Assembly: GCF_009914755.1 (NCBI RefSeq)
Contig: NC_060937.1
Length of the DNA: 64,000 nucleotides
Origin: the human T2T-CHM13v2.0 reference genome, Homo sapiens
Strand: one strand, 5' to 3'
A program made the position numbers and the translations under genes. Under the pieces are notes generated by a model. The model was not told the DNA's origin, searched no databases, and worked only from the letters and a program-made list of their open reading frames with translations. How positions within the stretch are numbered: the stretch's first letter is position 1; every line of letters starts with the position of its first letter. Positions 26,929-41,000 of the stretch are shown in pieces.

Positions 26929-27027
26929 TTTTGTTAATTATTATTTCAATAGGTTTGAGAGAACAGGTGTTGTTTAGAATAAATTCTTTAGTGGTGATTT
27001 CTGAGATTTTGGTGCACCCATCACCTG
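26929..27027 (-). mobile_element. L1PB terminal ~90-nt 3'UTR fragment with a degenerate A tail
   Basis: Minus strand reads caggtgatgggtgcaccaaaatctcagaaatcaccactaaagaatttattc...cacctgttc...aacctattgaaataa, the recalled L1PB1-3 3' terminus. Confidence 0.88.
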
Positions 27028-27691
27028 TAGACACATAGCTTTAAAAAGAATAGTGTCTTTTCAAAAACACTAATTATATGTTAAATAAAGATTAGTGATG
27101 GATAGACCTTTTTTAAACATGGATAACTAGTTTGATAATTATTACTTAAGGAATAATTTATAATGACCAATTTTATTACCACATTAAATGGAAAGATGAT
27201 TTTTGCATTATCATTAGTACAAGCAATTATTATCATTAAGAAATAAGATTTTTTAAAAATTTTAACATACAAGAGTATCATTTTACCAATATTGATTTAT
27301 TTTTAATTTTTAGTTTTATAATTTCTCTCTACCTAATGCTTTATATTAAAAACAAAAAAGTATACCACAGTTCATATTTAGGAATTTAATTAAAGAGACA
27401 GAGAAAATGGTCAACTGATCAGATGAATTCCTAAGGTTATTAGTTTTTGTTCTATTCAGTTTCAGTTATTCTATTTGATCATTTCCAACATTGCTTTTGT
27501 GAGCACACAAGAGATAAACGTGACTGAATTGCATATAGACATTGCCTGACCATCTCAGATGTAGTGCAGCAATCTTTCCTGTGGCTATTTTGATGTACTT
27601 TAATATTCAGAAATCGAAAACTACTGGGTATTCAGCCATCTAATTTTTATATTAATTGTTATTTCTAAAATAATAGTAATAATAGTAAAAA

Positions 27692-28315
27692 TGTATCAGG
27701 CCGGGCCAAGAAACAGTAACCAGTCCAGACCTTTTAAGCAAATGAAAATTTAACACACAGAAATAGTTATATAGGTGGTGGAGAAGCTGAAAAGCTAAAC
27801 AAGTATTGGTAAGGAATTAGGAAACCCCAACCATCTCTAAGGCTAGAGAATTAGGTCTCAAACATGGATGTATATGAAAATACAATTTTAAATCCTACAT
27901 TGTGCCCCAGAAATTCTAATGTAATTAGTCTTGATGTGGTCTAAGCATTGAGATTTTAAAATCTAGGGTGTAATCAACCTTGTCACCCAATGGGTTAGGC
28001 ACAATCGGGAGAAGTGGTTTTTCCACAGCCCAGAAACCACAGCCAGGAGTTAGAAGTGGCTAGGGACTAGCCAATGGCAACTAGAGCCGGGCAGGAGGTG
28101 CATCCACTACTAGAAGCACAAGAAGCAAAGACAGAAGGACGAATGTGTGGGCTTCTCCCCTTCTTCCCACCTTAGAAGTTCCAGCAGTGATTCCTAATGA
28201 TCTAAACTATCGGGAAGCCAGAGAACAAGGGAGCTTGAGAAATGTTTTCTACAGCACAGGACAGAGCTGAAAAAGAAAGGTGAATACATGTGAGATACAG
28301 ATTTTGATAACTGGC
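27692..28315. mobile_element. Very old LTR fragment with a probable MER5-like DNA transposon inside (~27850-28000)
   Basis: tgtatcagg...aagaaacagtaaccag...gaaatagttatataggtggtggagaagctgaaaagc resembles old ERVL/MaLR LTR ends; ccccagaaattctaatgtaattagtct resembles MER5. Confidence 0.4.
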
Positions 28316-28559
28316 GGGCATTTTCTAGATGATCATTTAGAAAACCTTAAAACTGTGTTATTTGAAATTAACTTCCAATTTATTGTGCTATGATAATTAA
28401 GCACGTTAGTACTCTAGTTTCCACTAAATGATGATGAATTTCAACTTGGCATTTTTCTATACACACATATATATCTACATTGTTAAAACAATGCCTACAT
28501 GTAATAATTTCATGCATTTCCTTTTTCTTTGCATTTTATTTCTGCTGTAAAATCTAGGG

Positions 28560-28960
28560 TATTTTTACATGCAATCAACTAAAATTATGTAAATAATAAA
28601 AACATTTATCACCTCACTTAGCAAGGAGACCTCATATAGATGACAGGTTGCAGGGTTTATTTAGTGTTTCAATGTTTTTTTCTCCCCATTTTTCTCCTCT
28701 GCTCTTTTTATTTTACCAGTGTTGTCACTTTCTCCTCTACTGGTTACAATATGGCTGTAGCATTTCCTAGTATCACATCAACAAATAACTATATTCAGAA
28801 TAAAAATGAGCACTTCCTCTTGTGAACCTCTTGTTAATACAAAAGAAAATATCTTCCAGACATGATTTCTTAAATTCCCTTCTGACCTATTATTTAGAAT
28901 TAGGTTACTTGCTTTCACCCTAGCCATGACTGTTGGTAAGAAAGTGTGTACCCAACAGTT
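28560..28960. mobile_element. Old MaLR LTR fragment (MLT1J/K-like)
   Basis: ggttacaatatggctgtagcatttcctagtatcacatc and tagaattaggttacttgctttcaccctagcc resemble MLT1J/K blocks. Confidence 0.45.
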
Positions 28961-29049
28961 TCAGCCTCTGAATTGGGAGATGGAATGTCGGGAGGGCAAA
29001 AAAGAGTCTCAGGCCACTTTATCTCCTTCAGCTTCTTCCACATTCATCT

Positions 29050-30700
29050 CTCTATGCAAACCTCTCCAACACCTGCCCCAACATAATCTATATAAAAAGA
29101 ATACCTTCTTTTATTACAAGTGTTTATTCATAGCGACGGACTCCTATTGTGGTACACATACACATGTATTTTTATACGTATGTTGATACTATCATTCAAC
29201 ATAACTGAGTGAAAATCCCCTCAAGTTGGATCTTAGAACTCTCTTTAATAATTTAATAATAATACATTCTCTAGTAATTTGATGTGATATTAAATGATGA
29301 GGTATTACTCAACATGATATTTGATCTCATGTGATTAGACATATAATTCAGTTATTCTCAACATCTATTTCATTTCTAGCTTTATTTCCAATATAGACAA
29401 TGCTATAATAAATATGGGTGCATACATTCTTCTATATATAAGTAATTTTATTCTTATGCATAAATTCATCAAAGGGGATTGCTTGATAAAAGATATATAC
29501 TTTTATTTTTAAAGATGTTTTTAGATTATTTTTTCATATTTGTTTCAGTGATACAAATTCTAGACACATTAAAACATTATGTTTTTGTTCATTTTTGTTA
29601 ATTTTATTTAGTTCGTGTTGTCCTAAATGCTGGTAAGACTGAACATCTTTTCTTGTAATTATTACAATTTCTGAGAATTGCCAGTTCATATTCTTTACAC
29701 ATCTTTATATCGAACTGAACTGTTTGTATTTTCATTGTGCATTCTTATAGAGTGTGTATAATTTAAATGTTTATATGTTATTTGCATTTTAAATATGGTT
29801 TATAAAATTTATGATATCTCCGATAAATCTGATGGTATATTTTATGATATAAATATTCAAATGTTATATATTTTAACATGTCCTGTTTTTCTGAAACAAT
29901 CTGAGTGCCTAGTTTTGGCTGAGAAGGTCTTCTCTGCCCCTATATTATAAAAGCAATCACCGTCGTTTTCTGGTAAAATGATTTTGTGTTTTTAACATAT
30001 TAATTTATTCTTTAGCACTATACTTTATATTACATAAGATATAAGCATATTATTATCTTTTCCATATAGACAACTGGATGTGTCCACACCATTAATAAGT
30101 GGTTCATGCTTTTTCTACTGAAATGGGCTTTCAATCTTTTAATTTAGTAAATAAACATATATATATATAATATAATTTATTCCTCAATTAGCTATTTAAT
30201 TTCACCAATTTCTTTGGTTATTTTCAGACCAAAGCCAAAACTGTATGTTCCATCAACTATACATAAGTTTTAAATTTGAAAATAAAAAATGTAAAGTAGA
30301 AAGATGTAAAATCATATATGTCCTATGTAAGATAATATTTTTGGATCATGCATTTAACATGTATTCTTTGAAAATAGCATATGGCATGATTTTGTATAGT
30401 TTTGTTTTATGATAATCACCCAGTCTATGTCTTTAAATTGTAAAATCTAATCCATGTACATTTATTGCACATGGTATTATCATTTGTACATATACTTATG
30501 CATGCGTTAAATGTATTTTACACTGTCGTTCTTTCTTTTTAAGGCAAAAGAGTTGCTAGTTAGGTCAGGTTGCCATACTTTTATTTTTTTCTTTTGCTTT
30601 GGAAGATGTTTTAGTTTCCCCTTTACTTTAATGTTTACTCTTTTTATACTATATCTATTAGTTATACATGTAGTGTACTATTAATTCAAAATGGATAACT
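29050..30700 (-). mobile_element. Ancient L1M/L1ME fragments
   Basis: T-rich antisense L1 ORF2/3'UTR text (gacaatgctataataaatat, aagactgaacatcttttc, tgagaattgccagttcatattc); boundaries approximate. Confidence 0.5.
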
Positions 30701-31433
30701 TTCTCTGCAATTAAAATATATTTTTTTCTATTAAGATGCTCTTTTATCAAATTAAAACTTTAGCCTGTTATCACTTCTTTTCTTCTCCTCTTTAAATCTG
30801 TCCTACCTTTTCAACTGAGACTTTTGAAAAACAGTTTTCTTCTTTCTTCATCTTTCTGACCCATAAACACCTAAGCTGTGCTTCAATTGATTAATAAGTA
30901 TAATGCTAAAGTATTACCAAATGCTATTTTTCCTTAGATGTTTTCCTCATTTTGACCTCTTTGAAACTGGAATAAATCTTACAGTTCATGCCATGTCACA
31001 ATTTAAATAAAAATATTATTTTTTTCTTAGGGTAACACAAAAATAGTGTACTTTACAGTAAAAAAGATACAAAATTACAATATCAGAATTTATCTTATAA
31101 TGTTTATCTTCCGTATCAAGATTTCTCACTTGGCATGTATGTAACATAGATCCAGTCACTCTATTCTTTTACATTCGTGTGTGTGTGTAGGAAGTAAGAG
31201 AAAGAGTCAGAGAGACAGAGAGTAGGGGAGAGAGAAAAAAGGAAAAAAAAAGAGAGAGAGGAGAGCTATATTTTGCTTATCTTTTTTTTCTATATTGTCT
31301 CAAAGTCAGGTATTTGTTCTAGTTATTAGTTGGTTTTCAGAGAGACTTGAGTAGAGATATCCCTCATTATGTGAATGTTCTCTCACTGAACTTAGCAACT
31401 GAACAGACGAGAATACTTTTTTGAGATAATGTT

Positions 31434-31900
31434 TGTATTAGTTTTCTGCCACTATTGTAACACATTACCAAAAATGTAGTGTCTTAGGACAATACCACTA
31501 TATTACGTTTTGGTTCTGGAAGTTAGAGGTTTAAAATGGTCTCACTGAACAAAAATCAAGGTGTGGACAGAGCTGCAATACCTTCTGGAGATTCTAGGTG
31601 ACACTCCTCCAACTTCTAGAGGCTGCCCCCATTTCTTAACTCAGGCCCCTTCCATCATGAAAGCCAGCAAAATAATCACTCTTACCTCTGATTTCAATGC
31701 CACATCTCTTTCCCTGGCTCTCCTGTCTCCCTCTTTTACGTATAAAAACTCTTATTATGACATTGGACCCATTCGGGAAATTCTAGATTATCTTCCCATC
31801 TCAAGATCTGCACCATATCTTTTGTCATGTAGGATAACATATTTAAGGTTACAGGGATTGGACATGGAAACCTTTGGGAGGCAGCGCTGATTATTCTGCA
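31434..31900 (-). mobile_element. MaLR solo LTR, MLT1C/D-like
   Basis: tgtattagttttctgccactattgtaacacattaccaaaaatgtagtg...aaaatcaaggtgtggacagagctgc...tgacattggacccatt...gggattggacatggaaacctttggg. Confidence 0.82.
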
Positions 31901-33329
31901 AATCTTTGCTATCCAAACTCAGGATGAACAGATTTAGACAGTTAAACGTATTGTAGTTGTATTTTTCTCTAGGGAAGTAATTATATGTCATCTTCTCTGA
32001 TTTACATTCTCAAATAATTTCTGTTTCTATCCTAACTTAATTATAATTTTGATAAGAATAGGATTTTCTTATTTTTTGAGTACATGACCTCACCTGTTTT
32101 CTATCTTGTTTTGTATATTAATCTGATGCCAATCTGATGCTCTTTTTTCTTTTTGGTTAGGTTTTTGTTTTCTGTTTTGTTTGGGACTATTATAATATAC
32201 TTTCTTTTTGTATTTAAAGTTCGAAATTTTACTGGATGTGTATCTTTGATCTTGAATGTCTGTTAAGACATTAGAGATTTATCAAGTCTTTAAAATTTGC
32301 AGACTGTTTAAATTGTAAATTTCTCATTTAATCTGTTTCATTATTGCCTCTTTTTAATCTACCTTATATGTTTTTTTTAGAGTTTTCACCTCTTTATATA
32401 TTTTCACAGTACTTGTAGGAGATAATCTAAGTGATTTATATAAGATTCCATAGTGTCTGTGCTTTCAGTCTTTTATCCACAAATTATTTATTTAATAAAT
32501 CATAATTTTTGATCTAGAAATTTAATATTGTGCAAAATTTACATCTCCAAGAGTGATATAATTATTATAGTTATTATTACTAATTTAGTTCAAGTTTATA
32601 TTTCTAACCTAGTGTTCTGTCCCCAAGAAAAGAAGAAAGTAAAAATACAATTTGAGTTTTCCCCTGTTCCTAAACTGGATTAGTATATAAACATCAGGGA
32701 TTGAGGGTTCAATGAGGATTGTTAAGGTTCATAATGGCCTGGAAGATCATCTTGGTACAAATACAGGAAAAGTTTGCTTTTAACCACTTCTTTTACCAGC
32801 AAAATCCAACAGACCAAACAGTCAACTAAGAAAAACTGCAAATGACTTTAAGTAACTGCAGCCTCTAGCAAGAAGTATATCAATTAAAGCAAATAAAGAA
32901 AAATCCACTGTGGGGTGGGGGGACTGAAGAACACACACAAAACCATGAAATAAGTAAGAATAATAAGTAAAAATAATCACTTGGGAAGGCACAGCTCTCT
33001 GATAGTCAAGCCCTTATCAGAATCTGCTGAATTCCTGTATAAATCCTTGGCCCAGAGCTCTCGGTTGAACACATATCCCAGTTATGTTGGCATCAAATTC
33101 CTCAAAACCTAAGGTTTTCCATGCATATAAGCACCTAGGGACCCCAGGAGTCCTTGGAGTCAGGAATGCAAAAATGGTTTGAGGGTGGAAGTGGAGGAAG
33201 AGGAAAGTTTGCTCAGGTTAGCTCTTTTCCAGAATCCCTCTGTTTGTGAATCTTTTGAATCAACATCCACTAAGTACTTACTATTTGTCAGGACTGAGCG
33301 AGATCCTTCTTAAAATTAGTTATTCAGTG

Positions 33330-33930
33330 GTAGACCCAACAGACTCTGGATCCAGTTTTGGTATCATTCAATTCTTGGCTCTTCTACGTATTAGTTGTTT
33401 GAGATTGGGAAAGTTCTTGATATGGTTTGGCTGTGTTCCCACCCAAATCTCATCTTGAATTGTAGCTCCCATAATTCCCACGTGTTGTGGGAGCGACCCA
33501 GTGGGAGGTAATTGAATCCTGGTGGCGATTTTCCCCATACTGTTCGTATGGTAGTGAGTAAGTCTCACGATATATGATTATTTTATAAGGAGTTTTCCCC
33601 TTTCACTTGCATCTCATTCTCTCTTGTCTACTGCCATGCAAGACGTGCCTTTTGCCTTCTGCCACGATTGTGAGGCCTCCCCAGCCATGTCAAACTGTGA
33701 GTCCATTAAACCTCTTTTTCATTATAAATTACTCAGTCTCAGGCATGTCTTTATTAGCAGCGTGAAAACAGACTAATACAGTTCTGTTTATCAGTTTCAA
33801 CATTTGCATATTGGAGAAAGTAATAGCACCCACCCTATGGAGCTATTATGAAGATGAAACACGCAGAAACACAACAAACACACACACACCTGTTTCTGGC
33901 AAATATTAAGCATTATAAAGGTATTTACCA
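33330..33930 (+). mobile_element. MIR split by THE1
   Basis: MIR core ttagttgtttgagattgggaaagttct | tcagtttcaacatttgcatattggagaaagtaatagcacccaccctatggagctattatgaagatgaaa is continuous across the THE1. Confidence 0.6.
33418..33780 (+). mobile_element. THE1 (MaLR) solo LTR
   Basis: tgatatggtttggctgtgttcccacccaaatctcatcttgaattg...ttattagcagcgtgaaaacagactaataca; perfect 5-bp TSD gttct. Confidence 0.96.
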
Positions 33931-34778
33931 TTATTACTAATAAGCTATTTTATTCTCAAAACAAATAATGTTGTTAGCACCAGTTTTTGTTGTTGTCATT
34001 CTAATAAGAAAAAGAAAGAAAACCGAGGCTCAGGGAGATAAAGTACATGATCCAAATTCAAATAGTCATATGATGTAAAGCCTAGCTTGGAATCCAGGGT
34101 ATCAGAAATGAAAGTCCGCATCATGGATTGAAGCTTTAAAATGACACAATGTTTATTTGCCATTCACTAATAGTATTCATTTACCCATTTGGTCAAATTG
34201 TCTTTTGGTAAAGGAATAAATAAACACATTTAGTCAGAAGAAATTTGAGAAAAACAAGGATATTCAATGCATTTGTTGTCACTTGGGAATGTGCCATATA
34301 TTTAAGAAATAAACAGAACAAGTATCTCAGAGGGAATTTCATAACAAAAATTAGTTTTAGTTCCTCCTCTATCATCACATAAGATACTTTCTACCTCTAA
34401 GCATTTGCATCATCTTGTATTGACTACATTTCAACTGAATTTGTGACTCATTCTCCATAGTATTACTTAAGAAATCAATTTCTACATTTTTAGCTTTACC
34501 CCCTGACTATGTAGCCTAATCAATAAAACTTGTTTTTTTAAAGGAAGTTGAACAACTAGGCCACTGCACCAAAATTCCTTGAAATGGACTTAATTTGAGA
34601 AAGTACAAAATTGAGTATCTTCTTTATCCCTATCTTCTTTCATTTCATAGCTTCAATTGTTCTAGATATTGTGCCTTTCAATATTAACTCATATATTTCT
34701 CTTGATGAAGTGAATCATAAATTGTACTGTGACAATAGCTTATATATTTAGCATTTTAGTGCAAATTCAAAATCTAGA

Positions 34779-34839
34779 AAAAAATAGCAGGTATCAGTGC
34801 CACTAATGAGGAAAAAAAGCAGATATCAGTGCCACTAAT
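34779..34839. repeat. ~32-bp tandem duplication
   Basis: agcaggtatcagtgccactaat and agcagatatcagtgccactaat, 32 nt apart. Confidence 0.8.
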
Positions 34840-34925
34840 TAATGTAACTACACATGTAAGTAGACATACAAAGTATATTCTAAGATTACATTAAATGAGA
34901 TGCATAGGAGAAAACATATGCTTTT

Positions 34926-35232
34926 TTGTTGTTTTTTTTTTGAGACAGAGTTTTGCTCTTCTTGTCCAGGATGGGGTACAATGGCAGAATCTCAGCTCAC
35001 TGCAACTCCTGGGTTCTCCACTTCTCGTGTTCAAGTGATTCCCCTGCCTCAGCCTCCTGAGTAGCTGGGATTACAGGCATGCGCCACCATGCCCAGCTAA
35101 TTTTGTATTTTTAGTAGAGATGGGGTTTCACAATGTTGGTCAGGCTGGTCTTGAACTCCTGACCTCAGGTGATCAGCCAGTCTCAGCCTCCCAAAATGCT
35201 GGGATTACAGGTGTGAGCCACTGTGCCAGGCC
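34926..35232 (-). mobile_element. AluS (Sq-like) SINE
   Basis: Reverse Alu with Sq/Sp-type ttttgctcttcttgtccagg and caatggc; TSD tatgctttt on both sides. Confidence 0.93.
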
Positions 35233-37730
35233 TATGCTTTTGAAAAACAATTTAATTATACTACATTTATAAATGTTTCTCAACTGAAATGGAATATGGT
35301 AGAACTGGAAGTAGAATAATAATAAAAGAATAAATAATATTTTGCAGCATGAAAGTAAGTACATATCTGGCAAATATAATTTTCCCAGCCATATATTTGT
35401 TAAATTATGTGATGGGTTTAATTTATGGAACATTTATTACTAAAGGCTCTTGAAACTACTAAAAATTACAAATCAATAAAAATTCATATACATTTTCCAT
35501 AGTAAGTAAAAATAATTTTATATAAAATAAAAAAGGACTAAACTTGTTAAAAATGAGAGTGACTTTAATATAATTAAGATTTTATGTTCATTATTATTTT
35601 TGAATTAAAAAGTTTTTTAACTAATGAAATTTTTTGTTTGTTTGTTTTTTTTCTACCATTCAGGTTTCACCGAATACACATTTCTAGTCCTATTCATCAG
35701 ACATACTAACAGTGGTTAGAACAATAAAGTTATAAATTGAAAATGAAAGATAGTAATTGTGGGGATTGGCAAATAGAATTTCTACAAAAATAAAGATGTA
35801 ATAAAATCAGAAGTGTTAGTGTGCTAGTAACAGAGAAAAAACTTTCTTAAGAAGCTGATATTATAAAACAGGAAAAACATTTATGTCAATAACTTCTAAG
35901 AATCTTTCTTTCTGAGTTAACCACGTACCTGTTATTAAAGCCCATGGTCACAGTGTCATATCGTTCTTTATTCTAGCATGTCTTATCAGATAAATATAAA
36001 ATGTCTTCAGAAAACACATAATTATCATATAAACCTTATCAGTTACTTTCATTTGGTAGTCAATTAAACAGAGAAAATAACTTGTTATAGCATAAGCATA
36101 AAATTAAAATTTCAATTTTTATTTCATTCAGTTCAATATTCTGAAAGTATTTTCTTAGTCTGGGCTTATAAGAGATCATTGGTTTTATTTGATTATTAAT
36201 GTTTTGATATAGTACCAACAAAATATAATTAATGGATTGCTTTTTGCTGAAAGAAAATTCCTTCCATTTAAGGCCTAAAAATGTGCTAGTCTCCATCACA
36301 GGACTACCATTTAGAGAGGGATTCAGCAAATACTTACTAGTTCATAATTTTTAAGGACAAAGTAATTGTGTATAGCTACAATGAGTGTTTCCGTAATTTG
36401 AACTATCAAGTAGTGGCAGCTGTATCCAAACAGACTCACAGTGCTGAACTCTGGAAGACACTGACTAAGATTAGGCCACACAAAAAGCCCATTCGTGTCA
36501 CATTTTTCCTGTTACTCTGTTTGGCCCCCTTAGGTCTTAGAATGTTTTTTATGAGAATCCCTCTTCATTGAGCATTTAACCTTGCTTTTCATAACTCAGC
36601 AGCCTAAACTCTTCATCATAGGCCCTTATCTTGGAAGATTTTTTTTTAATGTATAACACTTACGTGGCTAGGAACCTAACATATTTTACGCACATATTTC
36701 TTTCAGAATAATTATTTTCATTGGCGTTATGGTTATAAAATCACATCGTTTTTGAGTAAATGGTTTCTCACCCATTTTACTTATTTGTCCTAACATTTTT
36801 AGGCAGTGATTTGCAGAATACAACATTTTTCAGTAATGTATATTGAGTTGTAGCAGAAATGTTTGTGCTAGACATAAAAGATATAAAAGGAGGAGTAATT
36901 GTGACTCTACTTTCAACACTTACAGCACTTCTTTGTAACTTTTTTAGGTTACTACTCTATGTGCAGTATAGACACTTTTATAGTAAGTTTTTTATGGCGC
37001 TTACCATATAAGAATTATGGAGGAATTGATGTATACCCATTTAGAAATAAATTTTTATTTGTCAGAAGCTTTTTAAGTTTTTTTTTCATTCATTAATCAA
37101 ATAGTTATTGGGACCCATCTTGTGCGAAAAAAAATCTGAAAATATGAATATGGATGTTGAGTAAATTAGATCCACAGGGTGCTCTTCTTGTTGTACTTTG
37201 GGGAGAGAGAGGAGAAACAGACAATAAAAGGTTTTACAAGTTCTCTTTAAACAGCGATCCATGCTGTTAAAATTAAAAATTACACAACTGAACTGAGAGT
37301 GACTTTAATTTAGGTGATTGGAAAAGGAATTTCTAGGAATATGGTATTTGAACAGGGGACATAATTATATTTTGAAAAGAAAAGTACAGTAAACGTTAAA
37401 TTGAATATGATAGCTATTTTCAAAATTTGATAAGATGGAAATTTGAATAGGAAGAAGAGTGAGATGTAATGTAAAATTTTCAAGATTTTAGTTAATGTGA
37501 TTGAATATATTTTTCTTTCAATATTGAGCTGCTTGAATAAGCCTGCAGTTAGATTTCATTTCAATATGTTAGTTTATATAATTGCCTTTTCATGGGCAAT
37601 GCTCAGCTTATGCTTTTGGATATAGAGGCTGTTTCCTGTATTGAAGAAAGCATTCCATGGCCATCAGGAGACCTGATCCCTGTCTTCTATACATAAACAT
37701 ATAATCTACTGTGCAATCTCAATTTTGGTA

Positions 37731-38066
37731 TAGTCATGTGCCACACAACAATATTTTATTCAGTGATGTACCACATGTAAAATGATGATTTGATAACTTT
37801 TTAATACTGTATTTTTACTGTACTTTTAAAATGTTTATATGGGCTAGTATTTATCATTGTGTTACAATTGCCTACAGTATCAATACAGCAACATGCTATA
37901 CAGGTTTGTAGCCTAGGAGCAATAGGCTGTACCATGTAGCCTAGGCGTGTAGTAGATATACCATCTAGGTTTGTGTAAGCATACTCTGTAATGTTCACAA
38001 AATGATGAAATTGCCTAATGACCCATTTCTCTCAATATATTTTCATTATTAAATGATGCGTGACTG
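37731..38066 (+). mobile_element. Tigger3a/MER7A-like Tc-mariner MITE
   Basis: TIR-like ends tagtcatgtg...gcgtgactg, TA TSDs, internal gtagcctaggagcaataggct...ctaggtttgtgtaag. Confidence 0.9.
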
Positions 38067-41000
38067 TATTTTATATCCAAATAATCATAAAATTTGAGAA
38101 AAAACAAATTTTTGGCTGACTAGATTTTAATAATATTCTGGCAAAACTAGAATCTGCAAAAATAATTTTTTAATCTCATCTTAAAATGTTCCTTCAGGTA
38201 CCTTCAGGGTGTTTCTGCACGTAGAAGTGTATGTTATTTAAGAAAAAGATTATTAAAGATTAGCCTTTGTTAATACTCTGTGAGCCTCTGGTAAGTACTC
38301 TAAGACTGGGGGAGGATGTTGCCTTCCACATGCCATGATAACTTAGATGCAATAAGGAATAAAAATTTACAAAAACAAATTAACAAATTGTTTTGTAAAT
38401 TTGGTCATTACAAATCAACAAAATTTTCCTAAGAACACAGGAAAGCATTTTTATACATTGTTAGTAAATAGGCAAATTATATTCTGCTAACATATCACTA
38501 TGTTTTCATAAGTAACACATATACATCTTGTATATTGAGTCTAGGTTTGTATTTATTTTTATCTCATTTGATTGAATAAGTCTCCATTGGTCAATTACTT
38601 TTATCATATTTCAACCTGAAGGTACATGAAAAAAAATCTCTTTATATATTTTACACCTAAATGGCTAAACTTCACATATGAATCCTCTAGACCATCATCT
38701 TAGTTGTGGGAATACATTTTCTATATTGAGTTTTGAAGACTTTCCAATATATTTTAAAATATTGCATTTTTTAGAGCATCAGAGGAAGGGAATTGGAACA
38801 AATTATCCAGTTAGCTAAAGATTTCAAGTTCATTTTAGGTTCAATCTCTGAAGTCAATTGCATTTGGAATTTTTAGATGTAATTCTCGCTGCAAATTTCA
38901 GATCCCAGGTGGTATCAAATACACTATTATAGATCCAAAGCTTTTTGTTATAGAAGACTTGCAGCATTAATAGGCTGACACTGTTTGAATAACCTCAATC
39001 ACTCGTAAGCCTTTTAAAATACTTTTTATCATTTCAGAATCTAATAAACTAACAGAATTCAATTTTCATGTTACTTGAGTCTTTGAATCTTTTACCAGAA
39101 TTCTGACATCCATTAGCCATTGTCTGAATTAGGTGACTGCTGTGGTAAAGAATAAGCCATAACAAATTATCTTGTTACAAATGTAATATACACAACAGCT
39201 GGATCTTTTCTTTCTCTTATTCTCATTCTGATTGACATAAGACAGTAGCTGTAGTTTCTCACATTGTGAATAGGTTTTTGGCAGGTTAAGAAAGCAATGT
39301 ACTATGCTAAAAGCTTTCTTATCATATAAAAAAATAAACAGCTTATGTGGAATTTGTAGTTTTTTAAATTCATTTTTCCCATCGCAATCAGTTTAGCCAT
39401 TTGTTTCAACGTTTGTGTATGATGCTTCTGTGCATTTGTTTCACTTACCTTAATTTTAGAAAAAGAGAATACTAAAATGTTTTAGCACTAAAAATGACTT
39501 TATATTAGACTTCACTGAATGTGAAACAATATAAAATGTTTTTAGAAATTTACAGAACAATGGACATTAGAAAATAACTGATTAAACAATATTAGAATGG
39601 AAAAAACAACTGGAACATCTAAGATACAAATTATTCACTATTTTTTCACTAATTCTCTCTTATTTTACAGTGTAAAAATTTCTTATTTATTTCACTTATT
39701 CTCTCTTATTTTAGGGTGTAAAAATTTCTTAAAACTCCTGGAAGAGATTAATAAGTATTTGTTTATATCACTATGCACATAACTTTTCATTATCTTTTAG
39801 CTAGCTAGCACCCACAAAAAATGAGCATGGTATCAGCATTGTTAACCGTATTAAAAGATCTCTTCAATTTTTTTTTTCCTAAACAATGTTGGCTAGCAGA
39901 GAAAAACATGAGTGACCTATTCAAAAATGATCAAATGTCCACCATTTATAGAGATACCAAATTATACATTAAGTACAAGTATCATTGTTCCTCTCTCTCA
40001 CTCCCTCCTTTTTTTTTCACTTCCGATGATGCTCATGACACAATGATCCATGTCTGCAGGGAGTGTCTCACTGACTTAACTAAGAAACTTTAGATATAAT
40101 CAAGCCACAGAAGACTTAGACTGTCATTCTAGCTTTTCTCTGTAATTGATCCCTCTATACACAATTTAGCCTCAGGAAGAAGCATGACATCAGCAAAGGC
40201 AAAAGAATTCTGTAAGGATTATCAGCTGTGGGAATTAGATAGTTTTTTTTTTATTTTCAAAATTTTCACCAACTATTAGGGGTGAGAAAAGAGCAAAAAT
40301 AGGGAGTTTATTTTTAAATGTGCTATGACTAAAGAATGAAATAAAGATGAAAAATAGTTAAACTGAATAATAAATCAGAAATTGGGAAATCTGAACATCA
40401 ACCTATTACCTGTTATGTTTCTTTAAAAATTATGACTTTTCTTCTCTACTGAACTTTAATTTTTGAAATATGCTCTTCATACTATAATCCAACCAAGCAA
40501 ACTTACATTCCTTTCTCTAAATTGTTTCTTTGAATTATTCTTTATTTGTAAGACATTTTTGTAAAAATGTTCCTGTCACTCAAAAGCCACTTAACCATAT
40601 AAGTGTGTGTATATGTGTATCAAACACTCACACATACATGTGTATGGTGGGCCTTTTAAGCATTCACATTCATGAAATTTCATTACATAGGAATGTTGAG
40701 TGTGTGTGTGTGTCTGTGTATAGCATTATATCAGAAGAAAGCTCAAGAAGCAGACAATTATTCTAACAGAAGTTGAATAGTGTGATTGTTCTGCTCACTA
40801 GTGTTGACTAGAAAATGATACAGAATTTACCTGTTTTTCGACCCATTTATTCTGGAGCACAACAGCTATTAGACAGACTTTCACATCTCAAAACTGTTAT
40901 TTATTTGTTGCATTAGTTATTGTGTTTATTTATTCATGTATTAAACACTGTGATAGATTTTAGTAATGCATTAGTGAACAAAATGATGTGACACCTCCCT

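Larger units (their letters stand above)
26011..27042 (-). mobile_element. Composite L1PB 3'-transduction insertion (TSD - L1PB 3' end - MST LTR part - poly(A) - TSD), with a nested MLT2A
   Basis: 15-bp TSD tagacacacagcttt (26011-26025) / tagacacatagcttt (27028-27042); T-rich tail 26026-26044. Confidence 0.75.

Noticed and set aside
38198-38297. Possible exon (ttccttcag ... ctg|gtaagt)
   Set aside because: Splice-like motifs are frequent by chance, and there is no coding signal or neighbouring exon support; transcript data would be needed
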